From Octopus sinensis (lineage: Eukaryota): a DNA stretch of 64,000 nt. Positions within the stretch are counted from its first letter, which is position 1. Each line of letters opens with the position of its first letter. A model generated the notes under the pieces. The model did not search any database. It saw only the letters and a list, made by a program, of their open reading frames with translations, and was not told the origin of the DNA. The stretch spans positions 164,114,001-164,178,000 of the forward strand of contig NC_042998.1 of NCBI RefSeq assembly GCF_006345805.1, written 5' to 3'. Below, piece by piece: positions 38,785-51,367 of this stretch. Both the position numbers and the translations under genes were made by a program.

Positions 38785-39730
38785 GAGCAGGAGATGCAGT
38801 AGATGATATTGGTAGAAGTGCAGGTGAAGGAGTCGGTGATATATACGACGGGTTTCTTTCAATTTCCGTCTCTCAGTTCCACTCACAAAGCTTTGGTCGG
38901 CCCGAGGCCGACAAGAAATTTACCCAATATGTCACGCAGTGGGACTGAACCTGGAACCATGTGGCTGGCAAGCAAACTTCTTACCACACAGCCACGACTT
39001 ACACACACACACACACAGCTACGACATACACACATACACAGCCACGGCTTACGCGCACGCGCACGAGAGAGTGAGCAAATGTAAAAAGGTTTCAATCAAT
39101 CACTTTTCATAGGAGTTGCATATATAATTTTAAAAGTTTGACTCATTTCCAGGCAACTTAGTTTCATAAGCATAGTTTCATAACTTGCGTCGTCGTGCAT
39201 GTCCCTTCATAAAAAGTATCAGATGAAATATCAATGCAGGGTCGGAAGAACAAAGAAGAAAATCTAGATTAAAATTTATCAAAATGAATTTGAATAGAAA
39301 GGCAGCAAAAAGAGTGACATCTATGGACATGTTTTGGTCTTATTTGAACTCCTCAACGAAGCATATATGTATACATTTAGCATTACTTGCAACCATATCC
39401 TAATAAAAAGTATCCTAACCTAGAGTCTTAATAAGGAAAATACATAAACATGATTGCTTAATCTTGTATATTATCTTTTATCTTTTTTACTTGTTTAGCC
39501 ATTGAACTGCAGCCATGCTGGAGCACCGCTTTCACGGGTTTTAACCAAAGAAAATGACCCCAGAACTTATTCTATCGGTATATATTCTATCAGTAGTAAG
39601 GCAGTTGTGGGGGACAAACGCAAACACAATGATACACACACATACACATATACATGAGCATTTTTCATTCATTTATTATTATTCATTTATTTATTTTTAT
39701 TTATTCATTTATTTATTTATAGATAAATAA

Positions 39731-40030
39731 AAACGGGAGTCTGAATGGCACAAGAGCCATCCGGACTCCCGTTTGCGCTGTGAACAGAGATTAATCTTCT
39801 CCCTTCGGTCTTTAGCACCACATGGGCTCAACTCTCCTCCCCTCTTTATTTAACCTCCTCCCCTCTTCATCTAACCTCCTCCTCTCTTCATTTAACCTCC
39901 TCCCCACTTCATCTAACCTCATCCCCTTTTCATTTAACGTCCTCCCCCCTTCATCTAACCTCCTCCCCTCGCCTTTCTCCCCCTCACACCTACTTCCTCC
40001 CACCCACCCACCTCTCCTCTCTTGTTCCAA
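39731..40030 (+). mobile_element. Penelope-like element ORF end with a 5' fold-back and a 21 bp minisatellite
   Basis: GCCATCCGGACTCCCGTTTGCGCTGTGAACAGAGATTAATCTTCTC (HPDSRLRCEQRLIFSL..LAPHGLN) aligns with 57779-57860. Confidence 0.85.
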
Positions 40031-40372
40031 CTCCTACTTCTCTTCACTCCTACTCTCCTTCTTGTTTACTTGCTTATTTGTTTACTTCATTTGTTTATTT
40101 TGATTACTTATACATATAATTGTAATTAATTAATAAATAGTTCCAAATGAATGTTTACAGGCTGATGTTTGTCGATTGATTATCCTCTCCATTTTCTTAT
40201 TTGCCTTATATATACATGTATATCCATGCACACATATATACAAGCATATATATTATTATTGTTGTTATTATTTTCTTCTTTCAATTTTGTTTCCAGTTAA
40301 TACAGTGTATCTTCCCGACACCTAAGGCAAAAAAACTCACTATACACATTGGTAGGCCATTAAAATAGACTC

Positions 40373-40457
<85 letters not shown>

Positions 40458-40477
40458 GTAGTAGTAGTAGTAGTAGT

Positions 40478-40508
<31 letters not shown>

Positions 40509-40509
<1 letters not shown>

Positions 40510-41912
40510 CTTATTTTCATAACGTGCTTTCATTGCACTACCGCGCGCAGCTCTGTGTGCCTTGAGTATGTGCTGTGATTGGCTGTGATGCTCTTATGGT
40601 TACTGTATTGAAAGTGTTTTACGTAGGATGTGTGCAGTACCTAGTAGTGCTATTTTCTGTATGTTATATAGATTTGTTAGTTCTGGTGTTTTTGTAATGT
40701 ATTTGTCTGAATATTTTTTTATCTTACCTAGGATAGGAATTGCTTCTGTTTTTAGACTCCACATTCGTGTTACCTCTATTTTGAAAGTTTCTCCATTTCT
40801 TTTAGAGAAACGTTGTCATCTGTTGGTATTGATACATCAATCAGAAAGCATTTTTTTTTTCTTCATGATCTCTAACAACTATATCTGGCCTATTGGCCTT
40901 TATTTCTATATCTGTGTGTATTGGTATGTCCCATAGTATTGTTGCTTTCTCATTTTCTGAAACCTTTTCTGGTGTGTGCCTATACCATCTTTTTTCTGTT
41001 CTTACGTAGTGCAGGCATAGCTTCCAGTGTATGTAAGTCTCAATTCTGTCGTGTCGGTGAATATATTCCTTCTTAGCCAGGACTGGGCAGCCAGAGACAA
41101 TATGATTTATAGTTTCTTGTCCATCTCCATATATTCTGCAGTTACTTGTTATGTTTCTTTTCATTATATGTTTTTGGTAATTTCTGGTGGGGAGGCTTTG
41201 GTCTTGTGCTGCAATTAAAAATCCTTCAGTTTCTGCTTTGAGTCCTGAGCTTCTCAGCCATTGCTGGGATTTTGCTTTGTCTATTTCTTTGGCGTTTAGT
41301 TTAACCCGGTATTTGCCATGAAGGGGCTTTTCTTGCCATCATTTTATCATGGTATGTGGCTGTTCTAGTTTTAGTTTGGATTTCATTTGTTTTACAGCTT
41401 TTGTTTCTTCTTCAGTCTTCTTCTTCTTCTTCTTCTTCTTCTATCTTCTTCTTCTTTCTTCTTCTTCTTCCTTCTTTCTTCTTTCTTCTTCTTCTTCTTC
41501 TTCTTCTTCTTCTTCTCATAGTTGTTAGGTAGTATGACTTCTTGTTAGTATTTGTCAACTTCTTTAAAAGCTGAAAACAGTTTTTGTTTTTTATTAGTTT
41601 TCCTTGCTTCTGGAGTAGGTACTTTCGAAGTCCTATGGTGCTTATTTTGTAATAGATTTCTAGCTGTATAAGGCCTATACCACCTTCTATACGTTTTATA
41701 TATAACCTTTCTATGTCAGATTTTTGGTGGTGCATCCTAAATCCTATCTTTATTTTTCTTGTTTTCCTGTCTATTTTGGTTACTTCATTTAGTGTGCAGA
41801 TGAGGATATTGTAGCTGTAACTTATAACTGGGACGGCCAGAGTGTTGATGCCTATTATCTTGTTCTTAGCATTGAGCTCTGTTTTCAGTATTAATCTAAC
41901 TCGTCTATAGTA
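40509..41912 (-). mobile_element. Dong/R4-clade RLE LINE, 5'-truncated, embedded in (TAA)n
   Basis: The minus strand gives INTLAVPVISYS, HHQKSDIERLYIKRIEGG.GL, CRIYGDGQETINHIVSGCPVLAKKEYIHRHD, KANRPDIVVRD and ALLGTAHILRK. TAA-type arrays flank it on both sides. Confidence 0.92.
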
Positions 41913-41914
41913 TT

Positions 41915-41945
<31 letters not shown>

Positions 41946-41966
41946 TTATTATTATTATTATTATTA

Positions 41967-42003
<37 letters not shown>

Positions 42004-42135
42004 GTTATTATTATCATTATTGATATTTAAAGGATTGACGTTTCCGTTCTAGAAAGTAAAGAAACAACAAGAAGAGTGCGACTGTAATCTAATGAACAAT
42101 ATTTCGACATCTCGTATGTCTTCCACACATGAGAT

Positions 42136-42177
<42 letters not shown>

Positions 42178-42671
42178 TATTATAATTAAAAACAATTTCA
42201 TTCGTCTCCATGCGACTTAAAATTTCGTGGGCTTCTAACAGAAAACCATTTCTTTTAAGTTTAGATAACCGGTATATCTATGCCTGTGTTGAGTCCCTTT
42301 TTCCTTCGTTACTCCACTCACTTGTTTGTGTGTGTACGCAAATTCCCTCAGACTGCATTAGTCAACCCAGGTCTACAGTAGAAGGTACTTGCCCAGGGTG
42401 CCATGCGGTGGGATTGAGCTCGAAACCACAAGGTTGCAAAGCAAGCTTCTTAATCACTCAGCCGTGCCTGTGCCTATGTCAGAAATAGAAATGGAGCTGT
42501 TACCACCGGAACATCTTTGATCAGAAGTTTGCTTAAAAGAATTAACATGGATATAAATGACATCAACGACAGGATGTTAAGGATCAAGGAACTCACCTCT
42601 CCTCCAAACTTAAATCATTACAACGCGTCCTCCAAAACCAGAAACTGTGTGAAAGCCTGTTGTATATATAC

Positions 42672-42707
<36 letters not shown>

Positions 42708-43174
42708 TTGGATTTGTCTTCCCTACTGCGTGACAATCGGTGTTGTTTTGCTTACGTCTTTCTAAAAGACAGCTTTAAAATAAGTACCTGAATTATAAAT
42801 AAGCACTATTATTTCTTTGTTCGACTAAACCCGTCAAGGTCGTGCTCCAGCATGGCCGAAGTCCTATGACTGAAGCAAAAATTTAAAAAAAAACAAATAT
42901 ATATGAGTATACAAGTACATACACACATACACACATACACATGCCTTGACTTGTCTTCTTCTTCAACTCATAATAAAATCGTAAAAATACCGTCCTATTA
43001 CAGCCACGCCCTGGACATTTTTAGACTTGGCGAAACGGTGGTAACATTCGCTTGTTTAGTTGCTTATCTTGACAACCAATGTTTGGATACCTGGTAACTC
43101 CAACCATTCTACACAATAAATTATTCCAGTACATAAATTAGTATTTTAAAATTAGATTTTTTTTACTGCATGAC

Positions 43175-43510
43175 ACTTTGGGAATTGTCTTCTATAGCCT
43201 CGGGCCGACCAAAGCCTTGTGAGTGGATCTGGTAGACGGAAACTGAAAGGAACCCGTAGTATATATGTATATATTTATGTGTGCATATCTTTGTGTCTGT
43301 GTTTATCCCCCCCCACCCCACCACCATCGCTTGACAGCAGATGTTGGTGTGTTTACGTCCCCCGTAACTTAGCGGTTCGGCAAAAGAGACCGATAGAATT
43401 AGTTCTAGATTTCGAAAGAATATGTCCCGGAGTCGATTTCTTCGATTAAAAACCCCTTTAAGGCGGTACTCCAGCATGGCCGCAGTCAAATGAGTGAAAC
43501 AAGTAAAAGA
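43175..43510 (+). mobile_element. SINE family A, head truncated
   Basis: Colinear with the family from the CORE-like box to the tail. Confidence 0.85.
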
Positions 43511-44388
43511 AAAAATTTATTTAGCTCCAAATTCTGACCACAGTAGATTTCTTAAAGAACAGGAAAGAAAGAATTAAAGAAAGACGGAAAGACAGAAAGA
43601 AGAGGAAAGGAAAAGGAAAGCACACGTGGTTCATATATATACACATATACACTTATAAATATGTGTGTATATATGTATTTTCATTCATACTTAGACACCT
43701 TATGTATGTATGTATGTATGTATGTATGTATGCATGTATGTATGTATGTACGTACGTACGTACGTATGTATGTATGTGTGTGTGTGTGTGTGTATGTATG
43801 CATGCATGATGTATGTATGCATACATGATGTGTGTATGTATGCATGTATGTATGTATGTATGTATGTATGTATGTATGTATGTATGTATGTATGCATGTA
43901 TGTGTGTGTAAGTATGTGTGTCTATGAATATATTATGTATGAGCATAAAAATCTAGTACGAAAGGAACGTGATTTCACTATTTTGTAAAATTTCCGCAAA
44001 AAATAAGACGTGAAGAATGATTGATGGGTATATTAATGACGCGTGTAATATACATACATACCTACATACATACATGTGTGTGTGTGTATAAACACAAGTA
44101 TGCATATGTGTGTGTATCAGCACATGCATGTTTGTGTATATAAACACAAGTATGCGTGTGTGCGTGTGTGTGTGTGTGTGTAATTGGGGTATTACATGGA
44201 TAGATTAATAGTTTAATTGAAATGTGCATTTAACTGCTTTGTATACAAATATATAAACAGAAACACTGATGAATCGTTCATGTATTTTTGTTTAAGAGAG
44301 AGAAACGTGATTATTTTTTTTGTTCATAAGTGTATGGCTCAAAGTGACATATTAAGTGTATGTATTTAAATTTTAATATTTCTTGATC

Positions 44389-44589
44389 ATTCTTTATCTC
44401 CTGACATCCTATTTCAGCATAACTTGCTTCGTCAGTGCAGATTGTAATATGAGCAACGAAATATTTTACATTTACGTATTTTAGAAAGGAAGAAAGTTTT
44501 TTTTTTCTCTCATTTCGAATCACAAAGAGCTGTAGAAAGAGCAAAACAAACGTATCGATAGAACCACACATGAAGATGAATGTATCCAA
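44389..44589. repeat. Copy 1 of a ~200 bp near-identical direct duplication (copy 2 at 45628-45825)
   Basis: By eye there are only two substitutions and a 3 nt poly-T length difference. Confidence 0.95.
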
Positions 44590-46949
44590 CCCGTTTTTTT
44601 TTTTTGTTTTGATTTTTTTGTACAGTAGCAGCGTAGGAAGAAAATGAAAGTTGGAACAACAGGCCAAAAAAAAAACTTTATTTTGTTGTCACACACGGGA
44701 ATAAAATAAAGAAAATAACTGAAACCCCACCCTAAAAACGACATAATTTTCATAAGATTTGAAATTCGAAGAACTATCTTGAGTCAGGGTAGAATTATAC
44801 AAATTTTGAGACTTAATTTTACTTTTGTTTCTAAAATAAGTGTAACGTTATTTTTATATATTTCTTTTTCTTGCCTCCCTTCAAGATTTAAAATAAAAAT
44901 ACTTATCATTTAATCTACTCCACTAATAAGAAATATCTTGTTTCATAAAATTTTTAATTAATATACTTTGTGTTATGTCATGCTGATGGTTTCTATAAAG
45001 AATGAAATGGTGCTATACATGATTACCACAGGCTAGAAATTTTAAGAATTTCGAAATACGTGAGCAGCAAACAAATAAATAAACAAATGTTTCTTCTCTG
45101 CATCTTTTTTTCGTATTTCTTAATTTCGTATTCAAACTTCAAATTCGGCCAAATGTAATGAAGAAATTATTATCTCCCTTTTATCTGTCGGAAAGCGTAC
45201 ACAATGTTAGAATGTAAAATAATGAATTGATTGTTTAATCTCGAAGAAAATTAAACGCAAATGACAAAGGGTTGCGATGAATAATGTAATGCATACTATC
45301 GGATGCGCTAACGATTCTACCACTTCGCTTATCCTTCAGTCTTCACTAAAATTAAATTCCTCCCAAAAATTCCTTTCGTTTTAAAACTTTTTACTTTAAA
45401 AAAACCATCACCGACCTACAGTCTCGAGCTGAATATCAAACATTACCAAGAAGAGGAAGAAGAAGGAAATAAGGATATAATAAGTTATGTCTCTTGTCCT
45501 TCATAAATAATAGTCTCGAATTTTGGCGTAATGCTGTCAATTGCAGAGAGAGAATGTAAGTCGATTACATCGGCCCCAGTACTTAACTGGTACTTATTTT
45601 ATCGATTCCCAAATAGATGATATGCGAATTCTTTATCTCCAGACATCCTATTTCAGCATAACTTGCTTCGTCAGTGCAGATTGTAATATGAGCAATGAAA
45701 TATTTTACATTTACGTATTTTAGAAAGGAAGAAAGTTTTTTTCTCTCATTTCGAATCACAAAGAGCTGTAGAAAGAGCAAAACAAACGTATCGATAGAAC
45801 CACACATGAAGATGAATGTATCCAAACGAAAAGAAACTCGGGTGGGGAAGGCAGTTACGAAAAAGTTAGAGCGCTAACTTTCTCAGATAGGCATAAGGGC
45901 ACAGTGATTTTGTGGGGGAACGGTCAGAATCGACAAGACCGACCCCAGAAACTTAAAAGAATACGTTGATTTCGATGAGATTCAAACACAAAAGGTGAAA
46001 GTGCATATAACTAAACAGGTATGTTGTTCCCCTCATTTTATTTGAGAAAAAAATGTTCTAAAGCATAACTAAATATCGTATGTTTGCATGATCTTTCTTT
46101 CAGAATTAATCGAGGATTGAACGCACAACAAAAAGTGTGTCAGCCGTGGGAGAATTGCTTCGGGTTATAATAATCTATAACCTACAACGGCATAAAGCTG
46201 TTTGTATTGCCATACAGCGTGTGCATATGTATGCTTCTATTGTCGTGTTTGTCGTGAACATTACCATATTGTTGTTCAGTGTAACTTCGCTGAAGCTTTT
46301 TTCCCACTAGCCATTTTGACAATCTTTCAAACCTCTGTTTCTTCTACCACATGTATGTATGTACGTAAGTACGTATGTATGAATATATGTACGTATGTAT
46401 GTATGTATGTAGTATGTATGTATGTATGTATGTATGTGTACGTACGTACGTACATATGTATGTACGTATGTATGTATGTATGTATGTATGTATGTATGTA
46501 TGTATGTATGTATGTATGTATGTATGTATGTATGTATGTATATATGTTTCTGTGCATGTATGCATGTATACAAATATACATATATATAACCGTCACTATT
46601 ATTGCTACCACTTTAATCTTCCGCAAAAGTCCCAAATTTAATTTAATTTGCTTTGCGGGAAGGGCTGTTTTAACGAAGTCGCGTCGTGTCCCTACCTTCG
46701 AAACGCGGACTAGATAAAGCAGAAGCAACTAACGAAAGGGTTGTTCTTTATGTTGCCAGTCTCGTTTCTCTATTTGTTTCTTTCAATGTTCGAAAAAAGT
46801 TCATTTTCCATGTTTTTTTATTTTATATTCTCGTTTTTCTTTTGTTCACGTTTTTTGACGTTCCTGTATCCATATATGCATGTATATATACATATATATG
46901 TAGGTATGTACATATATGTATTATATATGCATATATATATATACATGTG

Positions 46950-47038
<89 letters not shown>

Positions 47039-47361
47039 TATATATATATAATATATATTATTTATATTACTATATATATATATTCTTTTATTCTTTTACT
47101 TCTTTCAATCATTTGATTGCGGGCAGGCTAGGGCACAAGCACACACACGTACACACATTCATCGATATGGATATGTAAGATCCAAGGATTCAAGTGTTGG
47201 GAGTTTGTAAGCTTCAAGCACTCCATGGCAGGTATAGAGAACAAAAGTGGACAGTGTACAATAAGGAATTATAACAATTAATTGGGATCGAAGTTTACAC
47301 ACTTTTTCGTCATATCGAAGTTATGAGGAAATTCGATGAGCTGAATAACAACTACCCCACC

Positions 47362-47416
<55 letters not shown>

Positions 47417-47418
<2 letters not shown>

Positions 47419-47770
47419 CTCTTTACTCTTTACTCTTTTACTTGTTTCAGTCATTTGACTGCGGCCATGCTGGAAAGCACCGCCTTAGTCGAGCAACTCG
47501 ACCCCGGGACTTATACTTTTGTAAGCCCAGTACTTATTCTATCGGTCTCTTTTGCCGAACCGCTAAGTAACGGGGACATAAACACACCAGCATCGGTTGT
47601 CAAGCAATGTTAGGGGGACAAACACACTCACACAAACACACACACGCATATATATGTATACATATATACACGGGCTTCTTTCAGTTTCCGTCTACCAAAT
47701 CCACTCACAAGGCTTTGGTCGGCCCGAGGCTATAGTAGAAGACACTTGGCCAAGGTGCCACGCAGTGGGA
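47417..47770 (-). mobile_element. SINE family A, young-looking copy
   Basis: Begins with the multi-unit tail CTCTTTTA; the head is truncated at CGCAGTGGGA. Confidence 0.9.
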
Positions 47771-48126
47771 CATATATATATAAAAGTTAAAATCAAAATT
47801 TTAAATGTATGTGTTGGATATGTGCCTAGTAGTATGCCGATAAAGCACCTCCAATGTCAATGTCTATCTGGCGTCATCCACGGTAATTGCTCTATCGTCG
47901 CTAGATCTACATCAGGAATTCCTCAGCGTATGCTAAGTAAAATAGAAACAATATAGAACGAAACATTATTTAGGTAACGAGATACATTATGCGCAGTGGG
48001 AACCACAGAAATTATTCACATTGTTTCCCACCCGCGAGAGATCGATGCAGGGTGTATCGAAAATGATCGTCGTGATCAATAAAGTTCCTCCGTATATTCC
48101 ATTTTCCGTCTCTGTTGTTTCTATAT

Positions 48127-48159
<33 letters not shown>

Positions 48160-48237
48160 CACATATATGCATACATACATACATACATACACACATACAC
48201 ACATACATACATACATACATGCATACATATATACATT

Positions 48238-48287
<50 letters not shown>

Positions 48288-48428
48288 TTAAAAAAGGAGA
48301 TGTCGAACACGAGTGGTGATATATAAAAAAGGAAATGAGAGAAATGCTGACAAATAATTGAAGTAATTAAGTAATTTAATAGGTGGTGAAAGTTCTTTTT
48401 ACCGGTTGCGCATTTGTTATGCTTATCA

Positions 48429-48480
<52 letters not shown>

Positions 48481-48890
48481 ATGTATGTATGTATGTATGT
48501 ATGTATGTATGTATGTATGTATGTATGTATACAGTAGTGGCAATAATATAAGAATCAGTAAGAACAAGTGTATTGAAATATTTATTATAGCAGATTAACA
48601 AAATATTGAGACTTGATATTATACACATATCTAGATATATCTAATATCTATCTTTCGTGAAACTTTCAAGGGAATGGAATAAATATTTAGCAAATTATGA
48701 GGAAATAAACAATCTCCCAAACTGCAACGGCTAAAAGTTAAGGGTAACTTAGGAAAACAATGTTAATACACCCAAATTAAGTAGGGTGTAAATTTTTGTA
48801 CTTCGATTATTCAAAAAATTTAATATTTTGTATAAGAATTAATAAATGAAAGAAAAATAAGTGTCAGTAATTGGTTAATTTAAATTTGGT

Positions 48891-49105
48891 TTACTCTTTT
48901 ACTCTTTTACTTGTTTCAGTCATTTGACTGCGGCCATGCTGGAGCAGCGCCTTTAGTCGATCAAATCGACCCCGGGACTTATTCTTTATAAGCCCAGTAC
49001 TTATTATTCTATCGGTCTCTTTTGCCGAACCGCTAAGTGACGGGGACGTAAACACACCAGCATCGGTTGTCAAGCAATGCTAGGGGGACAAACACAGACA
49101 CACAA

Positions 49106-49136
<31 letters not shown>

Positions 49137-49307
49137 CATATATACGACAGGCTTCTTTCAGTTTCCGTCTACGAAATCCACTCACAAGGCATTGGTCAGC
49201 CCGGGGCTATAGCAGAAGACACTCGCCCAAGATGCCACGCAGTGGGACTGAACCCGCAACCGTGTGGTTGGTTAGCAAGCTACTTACCACACAGCCACTC
49301 CTGCGCC
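48891..49307 (-). mobile_element. SINE family A, full length
   Basis: Runs from the tail to the 5' GGCGCAGGAGTGGCTGTGTGG. Confidence 0.92.
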
Positions 49308-49626
49308 TATATTTTTTTAACAGACAATTGCTTTATTTGTTCTTTCTGCTCACTCATATTTTCTACACGGTAATATAATGAGAACAATGTAAATCTTAAT
49401 GACTGAGTTCCTGCATATCTATCTAAATGTTCGCCGGGTCGAAGTCTTGTGTTCGGTTCATATATTTGTTGTTGGTGAATCGACATTCGTTTACTGTGAC
49501 GCGATGGTTTGACCGATATAATTCTCACCGTATCCACAGCACGTTTTGACATAAATTACATTTCCTGATAGATTTGTGTTGTATGCTATTTTTAAAATTT
49601 TCCCATTTTTAAAGCATGTACACTTT

Positions 49627-49661
<35 letters not shown>

Positions 49662-49666
49662 AAATC

Positions 49667-49713
<47 letters not shown>

Positions 49714-49716
49714 TAC

Positions 49717-49769
<53 letters not shown>

Positions 49770-49772
49770 TGG

Positions 49773-49825
<53 letters not shown>

Positions 49826-50162
49826 GACAATGATGATGGTGATAATAAAAATCAATAATAATAAAAAAATCAGATATAAAAAAACCAATGTCCAAGGAAC
49901 GTTCACAGCTATTGCTACTATTAATTAAGTGAAGTAATTGTGGTTTTTAATGGCGAGAGTGTGCTTCTTGATATGTGTGTGATGTAATTATATACGCGTT
50001 TGCTTCCCAATCGCATGATTCCGGACACAGTCCCACCGCGTACCACCTTGGGCAAGTGTCTTCTCCTATAGCTTCAGGTTGACCAAAGGCTTCCGAGCGG
50101 ATTTGGTAGACGGAAACTGAAATAAGGCCCGTCATATACATACATACATACATATACATATA

Positions 50163-50214
<52 letters not shown>

Positions 50215-50427
50215 ATATATAATATATATATATATATAATATAATATATATAATATAGTATATGTATATATATATTTAAATAGGTGAATGAATTATCCTA
50301 TGTTTATCGTCAGCATGGAAAATTCGTTTAACCGAAACCTGGGTAGCAAACTCACGTCAGAAACACGGTTGAAGCGACCTGTCCAAGGGTAGAAACTCCG
50401 GGTTCATGTGCAGAAATTTGTGTGTTG

Positions 50428-51270
50428 TATATGAATAAACGAAAGAATGGCGTCGAACGAAGATGTTAACAAAATTCCTTTACTCTCGACATTCCTTTAC
50501 TCTCTTTCACAAATTATATCTTCTCACAATACCAAGCTGCTAAACAAAGATTCTCCACCCGGGAGTTCCAACACTAATCTTGCTAATTCCAACCCATCAT
50601 ACAATCATAATAATAGGAATAGTATTAATAGTAACAGCATTGGTAGCAGCGAAAGTGTTAACAATGATAATATTAATAATAGTATTAGTCGTGTTAATAA
50701 CAATGGTAATGTTGATGGTAATAACAATAACGGTATTATTGTCGGTGGTATTACTGGTTGTATTACCATTAATAAACTAATAATAATAGAAATAGTGTAT
50801 AGGTTGGCGCTAATAATAATAGTAACAACAATCATAGCAATAAAAACTTCGTTTCGATCTCGGAGGACAACCCCAACAGAATTAAATTTTTGTCTAGTAA
50901 TTCTAAGATGAAGAATTCTATTTACCAGTGTAGAATTTCTTCCGGTACCAATGTCTTCTTCTATATAGGAGTGTCCACTTCCCAGTTATCCAAGATAATT
51001 TCAAACCATTATTCAACATTCAGGGATAGTAATAAACGATATAGTACAGGGCTAAGTAAATTAGTTTGGCGTCTTAAAGACAACAATATAAATTTCAAGT
51101 TAGATTGGTTCATACTGTGTGTATCATTTCTTTTTGATAAGGGCGGGAGATTTTGTAACATTTGCAACTCTGAACTCTTCCATATTCTCTTCTCTAAGGT
51201 TCCCCTTGTAAACACACTCATAGAAAAATAATACAAATGTAAACTCTGGCAGAAACATACTTTCTACTCA
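50428..51270 (+). mobile_element. Internally deleted Penelope-like element retaining the GIY-YIG endonuclease region (frameshifted)
   Basis: YSLSQIISSHN, then SIYQC...FFYIGVS...ISNHYSTF...YSTGLSKLVWRLK...W.IL...CNICNSE...LVN...C, which fits the PLE GIY-YIG pattern with a CxxC tail. No RT motifs lie between the start and this region. Confidence 0.75.
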
Positions 51271-51367
51271 TATAAATGATAATGATAGTCACTGTGGTTT
51301 GAACAATTAGCTTAACGTCCACTCCACTTCAATAGCGAAATTCTTTCCTAAGCCTTCGAACATTCTT

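Noticed and set aside
44389-45825. TRIM/LTR element interpretation of the 200 bp direct repeats
   Set aside because: There are no TG...CA termini, PBS, PPT or TSD. It is reported as a duplication instead.
49616-49858. N/D-rich ORF resembling a low-complexity protein
   Set aside because: It is a compound (GA)n-(TAA)n-(GAT)n microsatellite.
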